A program made the position numbers and the translations under genes. A stretch of 64,000 nt of DNA from Candidatus Poribacteria bacterium (GTDB lineage: Bacteria > Poribacteria > WGA-4E > GCA-2687025), in the NCBI GenBank assembly GCA_963665845.2, contig OY762492.1, positions 1,120,001 through 1,184,000 on the forward strand, read 5' to 3'. Below the pieces are notes generated by a model, which ran no database searches, had not been told where the DNA came from, and was given only the letters and a program-made list of their open reading frames with translations. Shown here one piece after another: positions 57,798 to 64,000 of the stretch. Positions within the stretch are counted from its first letter, which is position 1, and each line of letters opens with the position of its first letter.

Positions 57798-57967
57798 GGC
57801 AGTACGCCCATGCGATGATAGTCGTTTTTTAATCCTAAAGCGTCCGCGCCGCCGGTCGTTCCCCGCTTCCGCGAGGACATGCATTCCCGTGAAAACGGGA
57901 ATCTTAGGCGTCGCAGACGCCGCGCATATCGCGTCTCTGATCAACATCATCGTATGAGCATAATACC
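57798..57967. mobile_element. MITE-like element, family B (170 bp)
   Basis: Ends GGCAGTACGCCCATGCGATGA / (rc) GGTATTATGCTCATACGATGA; perfect 8-bp duplication ACTTGTTC at 57790-57797 and 57968-57975. Confidence 0.8.
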
Positions 57968-57979
57968 ACTTGTTCATGC

Positions 57980-58146
57980 CTGACCTCACGTTTTAAGTTG
58001 GGACATGTCGGCATGCGAACGCGGACGTCATCCCCGATGCCTCTGGATTCCCGCTTACGCGGGAATGACGGTCTGGTGGGCGACGCTTTTCCCCATGAAT
58101 AAAGCGGTCATTCGTTCAAATGCCCTAACTTTACGCATTAGGTCTG
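57980..58146. mobile_element. MITE-like element, family A (degenerate right end)
   Basis: Colinear with 36536-36703 and 40317-40484; no clear target duplication. Confidence 0.75.
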
Positions 58147-58172
58147 GCGCAAAGCAGATTCCGCGCCATCGA

Positions 58173-59306
58173 CTACGACTCAATCCACGGAAGCCCGCTT
58201 TTTTTCGTCATATAAAACAGGCGCGTCGGTACCGATCGGTCGTCCCGCAAGGCGGCGATCTCGTCCATCGTTTGAAAAATAGAGACAGGGTCCGGCAGCC
58301 GATTCAACGCGCTCTTGACCATCGGAGCGCGGAACTTCGGCTCGCCGCTCGCGCGAACGACCAGCGCCTCCGCGACCGCCGGCTGACGCCACATCTCCAA
58401 CAGATAATTCGGCAGCTGAATGTTTGACCAGTCAAGCGGATCGCGCAGCTCCCTTTCGAGTATGCCGTCTGAAACGGAGCTGAGCGGCGACTCCAGTATC
58501 TCAAAATAGAGAGCTTGATTGGGCGCGTTGTCGAAGAGAACAATCGCGTCATGCGCCCATTCGAGATTCCAGCTTGTTTTACGAAACTGAATGCCGTAGC
58601 CGCGCTCAAGAGCCATGCCCGTCAGTTCGACAGACAGCTCCTCTCCGACTTCCCAGTCTTGAGAGTTCAGGCGCAGGCAGACCGCCAAGACGACCCCATC
58701 CGCGCCTCCCTGGAAAGCTGGGCGCGACGATAGAAAGATGCTCTTTTGACGCTCCTCTTCAAGCGGCTCCTGTATCGGCGGAAAGGCGGCGGGCGGCGGG
58801 GGCTTCGGCTCTCCGCTTTTTTTATCAACCAGGTAGGCGGTCGTCGGGACCGACATCCATGCCCGCCTGGCGACGATGTCTTCCAGCGCCTGATAGATGG
58901 AGATTGGGCGCGGAAACGGCTCCAGCGCGTCCCGCGCTCTTCCGACCTCGCCGCTGACGCGAACAAAGAGGATCGCTTCGATCCATGGAGTAGCCCAAAC
59001 TTCCAGCAGAAACGACGGGAAGTTCATCTTTTCCCACTCAAAAGGATCCTGCATCTCTTCCGTGAACACATCGTGGGCGATGATGTCCGGCGGCGAGGAA
59101 AGTACTTCAAAAAGCAGCGTCCTAGACGGACCGCCCATCCGCTCAACGGCGACTTGAGGCGCCTCGATATTCCAGCTGACCGCCCCGAACTGCATCCCGT
59201 ACCCGTATCGAATCGCCGACTTGGACAGGTCTATGGACAGCTGCCGCCGCGCGCTCTCATCAATGCCGTCAGCCAGCGCCGCCGCCGCAAAAAATGTCAA
59301 ACTCAT
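58173..59306 (-). CDS. Hypothetical protein made of two homologous domains
   Basis: GYGMQF..SWNIE...FEVLSSP...DPFEW..NFPSFLLEVW..P...VRVSGE is repeated as GYGIQF..SWNLE...FEILESP...DPLDW..QLPNYLLEMW..P...VRASGE. Confidence 0.7.
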   Translation of the reverse strand: MSLTFFAAAALADGIDESARRQLSIDLSKSAIRYGYGMQFGAVSWNIEAPQVAVERMGGPSRTLLFEVLSSPPDIIAHDVFTEEMQDPFEWEKMNFPSFLLEVWATPWIEAILFVRVSGEVGRARDALEPFPRPISIYQALEDIVARRAWMSVPTTAYLVDKKSGEPKPPPPAAFPPIQEPLEEERQKSIFLSSRPAFQGGADGVVLAVCLRLNSQDWEVGEELSVELTGMALERGYGIQFRKTSWNLEWAHDAIVLFDNAPNQALYFEILESPLSSVSDGILERELRDPLDWSNIQLPNYLLEMWRQPAVAEALVVRASGEPKFRAPMVKSALNRLPDPVSIFQTMDEIAALRDDRSVPTRLFYMTKKSGLPWIES

Positions 59307-59356
59307 ACGCCGTCTTCCCTATAGGTTCCGCGCTGCGTATGCCGCCCCCCGCAGAT

Positions 59357-62300
59357 CTAGGGAGTCTCTTCGGCGGCGGAGAGCGGTATCGACAAGATCT
59401 TTGAAACGCCCGCTTTTTCCATCGTGACGCCGTACAGGATGTCCGCTTTTTCCATCGTCCGGTTGTTGTGCGTGATGACGATAAACTGCGTCGTTTTGGC
59501 GTAATCTTGAATCAGGTTTGTGAAACGCAGCACATTCGCCTCGTCCAGCGCCGCGTCCACCTCGTCCAGCACGCAGAACGGCGACGGGCGCAGCTTGAAG
59601 ACGGCAAACAGCAGCGCGATCGCCACCAACGACCGCTCCCCGCCCGACAGCGCCGCGATGCTCTCCGGGCGCTTGCCCGGCGGCGACGCCATGATCTCCA
59701 CCCCCGACTCCAGCGGATTCGAAGGGTCGGTCAGCCGCAGCTCCGTCTCTCCGCCGCCGAACAGCTGCGCAAACACCTCCTGATAATTCGCGCGAATCAG
59801 CTCAAACGACTCGGCAAACCGCTTCTGGGACGCCGCGTCAATCTTGCGTATGGAGGAACGTATCGAATCGCGCGCCTTTGTGAGATCGTCCCGCTGATCA
59901 AGGAGCTGGTCAAGGCGCCCGCGGTGATCCTCATACTCTTCTGCCGCCATTTCGTTGACGCGCCCCATGCGTTCAATCTCGGCGGCGATGCGTTTCGCCT
60001 CTTCAGCCGCTTCGGCGTCGTTTTCCGGCGCCTCTTCGTTCGGCTGAAGGTCGTCCACCGAAACGCGGTATTTTTCTTGAATGCGCTCTGCAGTTTTGGC
60101 GGCGCTCTCTCGCAGACGCGCCATCGTTACGTCATGCTCGTACCGCACCGTTTTGGCGCGTTCCAGTTCGCCTTCCAGACGCCGCATCGTTTTCTGCCGT
60201 TTGACGCCTTCCGTTTCCAGTTCGACCCGTTTCTCGTCAAGCTGATCCGCTTCCTGCTCATGCTCCATCCGCTTGCTTTCCAAGATCAGAAAGCTGCGCT
60301 GCGCCTTGTCAAGAGACGCCTCCAGCTCCGCCATCGCCGCGTCATGGTCTTCGGCGGCGCGTTCGCTGTCGGCAATCTGCCGGCGGGCGTCCTCTTGGCG
60401 GTTTTTCAGCGCCTCCATTTCGCCTTCAAACCCGTCCAGTTTTCCCTGCCGCGCGGCAAGGTCCACCTTCAGGGCGGAAACAGCCTCTTGAAGTTCGGCG
60501 CGGCTCTGCGAATCGGCGGCGCGCTGCTCCTTCAGGTTGGAGGCGCGCCGTTGGAGCGTCTTCAGCTCTTTCTCTTTTTCCGCCAGCTTCGCTTCGTTCT
60601 CTTCTCGGCTTTGCGCAATCGATTCGGCGTCTTCCTCAAGATTCTCGCGCGTGTCCCGTTCGATCTCCAGCTCATCCTCAAGGTCTTTTTTACGGGCGGC
60701 GGTCTGCTCAATCTCTTTTTCAAGCGACGCATTTTCAACGGCGGCGTTCTGCAGCGCCTCTTGCAATTCGGCGCGCTCTTTTTTCATCCGCTCTATGCTC
60801 GGTTCCAGTTTGGCGCGCTGACGTTCTTTTTCCTGTAAAGAGCCGCTCAACTGCCCGATCTTCGTCTTCAACGCTTCCAGTTCTCTCGGCCGCTGAAGCA
60901 GCCCCCCGCCTGTGCGCCGCCGCTCCCGTCCGCCGCTGATGGCGCCGCCGGAATAAACCAGCTCCCCCTCCAAGGTCGCCAGCCGAAAGCGGGTACGTTC
61001 CCGCCGAGAAAGATGAATCGCGTCGTCCAGCGTCTCCATGACAATGACGCCGCCGAGCAGGTTTTCAACCGCCGGCCAGTAACGCGCGTCGGTCTGAATC
61101 AGATCGGGCGCCCATCCGACAACGCCCGGATAACGCAGCAGATGCCCGTCCTTCCGATAGCGCGAGTAAAGGATGTCCAGCGGGAGAAAGGTGGCGCGCC
61201 CGGCGCGATGCTGGCGCAAAAACTGAATGGCGCGTTTGGCGTCTTCAGCCGTTTCCATGATCACATTCTGCGCGGCGGAACCTAAAGCGGCTTCGATGGC
61301 GCGCTCGTACTCCTCATCGCATGAGATCAGCTCGGCGACGACGCCGCAGACGCCGGGAAGCGTTTCAGGGCTTTCCCGCCCGACCCGCGCCACAGCTGTG
61401 ACGCCCTGATAATAGCCTTGATAGGAAGATGCAAGGTTCTCTAAGGCGCGCGCCGACGCGGCCGATTCTGCCAGCTGTTTCTGAAAACCGCGCCGCTCCA
61501 GCTCCGCCTTCCGCAGATCCGATTCGGCAACGCGGATCTGTTCATCCAGCGCCGTCAACTTCGCGGCGTTCACCGCTCCATCGGCGGACAGGTTTTTCGA
61601 CTTGTCCTGAAGCGTCTCCAAGGCGGCGCGGGTCTCTTTCAACGACGCCTCAATGCGGGCGATGCGCTCCTCTAGGTTGGTGTGGCGCGCCGCGGAATTT
61701 TCCGCCCTGCCGGAGATGGAGCTCAACGAATTTTCTAGAGCCATCCGCTCCCTGTCGATGTCGACGATTCGGCGCTCCAGATCCTCAATCACGCGGGTGG
61801 AGTCCGCAATCTGCTTGTCCAACGTTTCCAGCGCGCGGGTTCTGCCCTTCAGGCGCCCCTTGTCGGTCTGCAGTTCGATTTCTGCCTGCTCGCGTCCGCG
61901 CTCTTTTTCGGCGATCTGCTCGCTGATCAGTTTCACCTGACCGCGCAGCGTCTCGATGCGCTCGGCGGCGCCGTCCCGGTCGTCCATGAGCGTCTGCTGC
62001 CGATCTTTTTGATAACCGATGTCGCCTTCAACGCGCGCAATCTCCACCTCAATCTTCTGAACATGCCCGCGCGCCGTTTGCGCCTTGGACGCTAATTGTT
62101 CCCGTTGACGCGCCTCTTCCTCTTCAATGGAGCCGAGACGCTCCAGCTCGCGCGACGATGTTTTGATCGTCAAATCCGCCTTCTCATACGCCTCTTCGGC
62201 GGCGGTCAAGCGCGCTTGCGCCGCCATCCAGCGCCGACGCGCCAGCTCAATTTCAAGGATGCGCAAAACCTCCTTGCGCTCGCGCAGAGCCAGCGCGCTC

Positions 62301-62929
62301 TCCGCTTGACGGCGCAGAGCCTCCGTGCGGCTTTCCAGCTCGGCGATCATCGCGTTGATGCTCACCAGATTCTGATCGGCGCTCTCCAGCTTCTTCAGCG
62401 CCTCTTTTTTCTGATACTTATATTTTGTGATGCCGGCGACCTCGTCAAAAAAGGAGCGGCGGTCTTCGGGGCGCGTCGTCAACAGGCGGTCAATGTTGCC
62501 CTGCTCCATGAGAGAGTAGGCGTTCCGCCCGATGCCGGTGTCCATAAACAGCTCGTAGATGTCCTGCCGTTTGCAGACGACGCCGTTCAGCATATAGGTA
62601 CTTTCGCCGCTGCGGCGCAGCCGGCGGGTCACCGTCACCATCGGCGAGTCGATGGGCAGGCTTCGTTCTTCGTTGGAGAACAGGATGGACACTTCGGCGG
62701 CGTTGGCGGGTTTATGGCTGGAGCCGCCGTTGAAGAGCGCGTCCTGCATCTTGGCGCAGCGAAGCGAGCGGGCGCTGCGTTCGCCCAAAGCCCAGCGGAT
62801 CGCGTCGGAGATGTTGCTTTTGCCGCACCCGTTCGGTCCGACAATGACGTTGATTCCGCCGCCGGTTTCAATAGACGCCGGCTCGGCAAAGCTTTTGAAA
62901 CCGCGCAATTTTACAGACTTCAAACGCAT
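59357..62929 (-). CDS. smc: Chromosome segregation protein SMC
   Basis: GFKSFA; VGPNGCGKSN; coiled coils; hinge GRATFLPL; LSGGE; LDEVDAALD; FIVITH. Confidence 0.98.
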   Translation of the reverse strand: MRLKSVKLRGFKSFAEPASIETGGGINVIVGPNGCGKSNISDAIRWALGERSARSLRCAKMQDALFNGGSSHKPANAAEVSILFSNEERSLPIDSPMVTVTRRLRRSGESTYMLNGVVCKRQDIYELFMDTGIGRNAYSLMEQGNIDRLLTTRPEDRRSFFDEVAGITKYKYQKKEALKKLESADQNLVSINAMIAELESRTEALRRQAESALALRERKEVLRILEIELARRRWMAAQARLTAAEEAYEKADLTIKTSSRELERLGSIEEEEARQREQLASKAQTARGHVQKIEVEIARVEGDIGYQKDRQQTLMDDRDGAAERIETLRGQVKLISEQIAEKERGREQAEIELQTDKGRLKGRTRALETLDKQIADSTRVIEDLERRIVDIDRERMALENSLSSISGRAENSAARHTNLEERIARIEASLKETRAALETLQDKSKNLSADGAVNAAKLTALDEQIRVAESDLRKAELERRGFQKQLAESAASARALENLASSYQGYYQGVTAVARVGRESPETLPGVCGVVAELISCDEEYERAIEAALGSAAQNVIMETAEDAKRAIQFLRQHRAGRATFLPLDILYSRYRKDGHLLRYPGVVGWAPDLIQTDARYWPAVENLLGGVIVMETLDDAIHLSRRERTRFRLATLEGELVYSGGAISGGRERRRTGGGLLQRPRELEALKTKIGQLSGSLQEKERQRAKLEPSIERMKKERAELQEALQNAAVENASLEKEIEQTAARKKDLEDELEIERDTRENLEEDAESIAQSREENEAKLAEKEKELKTLQRRASNLKEQRAADSQSRAELQEAVSALKVDLAARQGKLDGFEGEMEALKNRQEDARRQIADSERAAEDHDAAMAELEASLDKAQRSFLILESKRMEHEQEADQLDEKRVELETEGVKRQKTMRRLEGELERAKTVRYEHDVTMARLRESAAKTAERIQEKYRVSVDDLQPNEEAPENDAEAAEEAKRIAAEIERMGRVNEMAAEEYEDHRGRLDQLLDQRDDLTKARDSIRSSIRKIDAASQKRFAESFELIRANYQEVFAQLFGGGETELRLTDPSNPLESGVEIMASPPGKRPESIAALSGGERSLVAIALLFAVFKLRPSPFCVLDEVDAALDEANVLRFTNLIQDYAKTTQFIVITHNNRTMEKADILYGVTMEKAGVSKILSIPLSAAEETP

Positions 62930-62941
62930 CTAAGCGCATCC

Positions 62942-63811
62942 TCAACCTTCACCGCGGCGCTCCGCGCCCGTTTTAATAAACGACAGCTCATCGCCTTCGG
63001 TTGCATAATCGACCTTGACGAGGCGCAACCCGCGCGCCGGCGCGGACGGACCCGCCGCCGATCTGTCGCGCGCCGCCAAGACAGCCCGCAGCCGCTCCGC
63101 CGCTTCCGCCTTTCCGACGCTCTCGTCAGGGGCGATCCAGCGGAAGGTTCCGACCATTGCGCGAACCATGCCGCGCAAAAAGCCGTTCGCCTTGACGCGC
63201 GTCTTCACCAGGCCGCCCTCGCGGAAGCAGACGCATTCATGGATTCGCCGCACGCTTGAGCGGGTCGATCCGCCTGTTTTTTGAAACGACGCAAAATCGA
63301 ACTCTCCGACCAGCTCGGCGCACATGGCGCTCCATACCGGCGCCGAAAGCCGCTTGCCCCAGTTCCACACATACCGGGCGCGCAGCGCGGACGGTTCAGG
63401 GCGGTTCCAAATCGTGTACTCGTAGGTTCGGCTCAAGGCGTCGAAGCGGGCGTGGAACGCGTCGGGGACGATCTCCGCCGACCGAACCGAGATGTCGCTC
63501 GGCAGGGCGCCGTTCAGGGCGCGTTGGAGTCCCGCCGGCGGGATATGGACGGGGGCGCGGAAGTTGGCGGTCTGCCCGCTGGCATGGACGCCGGCGTCGG
63601 TTCGCCCTGCGCCGACGATCCTGACCTCGATCTTCATGACGCGCTCCACCGCCTGTTCAACAACCGTCTGAACGGCGAGAGCGTTCGTTTGCGCCTGCCA
63701 GCCCGCGTAATCGGTTCCGTCATATTCCAGCGTCAGCTTGTAGTTGGGCGTGTCGTTCCTCCGCTTCTGCGCGCGGCGCGCCGTTTGGAGAGGGGGGAAT
63801 CTTTCTTTCAA
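62942..63811 (-). CDS. truA: tRNA pseudouridine(38-40) synthase TruA (start uncertain, 63751 or 63811)
   Basis: LEYDGT.YAGWQ; GAGRTDAGVHASGQ; FHARFDA; NGFLRGMVR; APARGL. Confidence 0.95.
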   Translation of the reverse strand: MKERFPPLQTARRAQKRRNDTPNYKLTLEYDGTDYAGWQAQTNALAVQTVVEQAVERVMKIEVRIVGAGRTDAGVHASGQTANFRAPVHIPPAGLQRALNGALPSDISVRSAEIVPDAFHARFDALSRTYEYTIWNRPEPSALRARYVWNWGKRLSAPVWSAMCAELVGEFDFASFQKTGGSTRSSVRRIHECVCFREGGLVKTRVKANGFLRGMVRAMVGTFRWIAPDESVGKAEAAERLRAVLAARDRSAAGPSAPARGLRLVKVDYATEGDELSFIKTGAERRGEG

Positions 63812-63974
63812 AGCGAGAGGATGAGAAACAGCGCGCTTCGTCCAGAAAGCGGCGCGCCGATTTCAGATGCCCCGCTTCGTTGAGAGCGTCCGCCAGTTTT
63901 TGACAGTAATCCGCCCGCTGCTTCTTCGTCGCGCCGAGCTGAAAGATCGGCTTCAGCGCTTGTTTCGGCTTCAT
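63720..63974 (-). CDS. Small hypothetical protein upstream of truA
   Basis: 84-aa ORF on the same strand as truA; no recognisable motif. Confidence 0.35.
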   Translation of the reverse strand: MKPKQALKPIFQLGATKKQRADYCQKLADALNEAGHLKSARRFLDEARCFSSSRFERKIPPSPNGAPRAEAEERHAQLQADAGI

Positions 63975-64000
63975 CCGCCTGCCTGCTTCTCCGCCCGCTT

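Overview
GC-rich bacterial chromosomal segment. The backbone is housekeeping: partial hppA, folC, secD/secF, mnmG, ispH, argH, pyrF, rpmB, ftsY, ybaB, dnaX, a large (Alu-type) SRP RNA, tRNA-Leu(TAG), tig-clpP-clpX, rlmN, hemW, lepB, lepA, secA, dapA, smc and truA. Four accessory elements are interspersed. (1) A lower-GC methyltransferase plus putative endonuclease pair (10.3-11.9 kb). (2) A tandem array of four mosaic, membrane-anchored TPR-like paralogs plus a decayed fifth copy; each intact unit carries its own TTGCGG-N17-TATGCT promoter (14.7-21.8 kb). (3) A tandem array of six secreted DUF1080/LamG-like proteins whose divergent cores are joined by conserved DNA junctions encoding a C-terminal (SVQP)NGKLAAQWAxLK tail and the next signal peptide (26.6-30.9 kb). 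(4) A three-subunit molybdenum hydroxylase with a non-CODH AYRAPG loop. Most long intergenic regions are built from modular repeats: an ATTCCC-N8-GGGAAT palindrome, two MITE-like families with 8-bp target-site duplications, nested insertions, and arms that appear to be swapped at the central palindrome. The WD40, sulfatase, DUF1080 and C-terminal motif content is reminiscent of Poribacteria; this is an inference and was not verified. All calls come from reading the sequence by eye; no searches were run.
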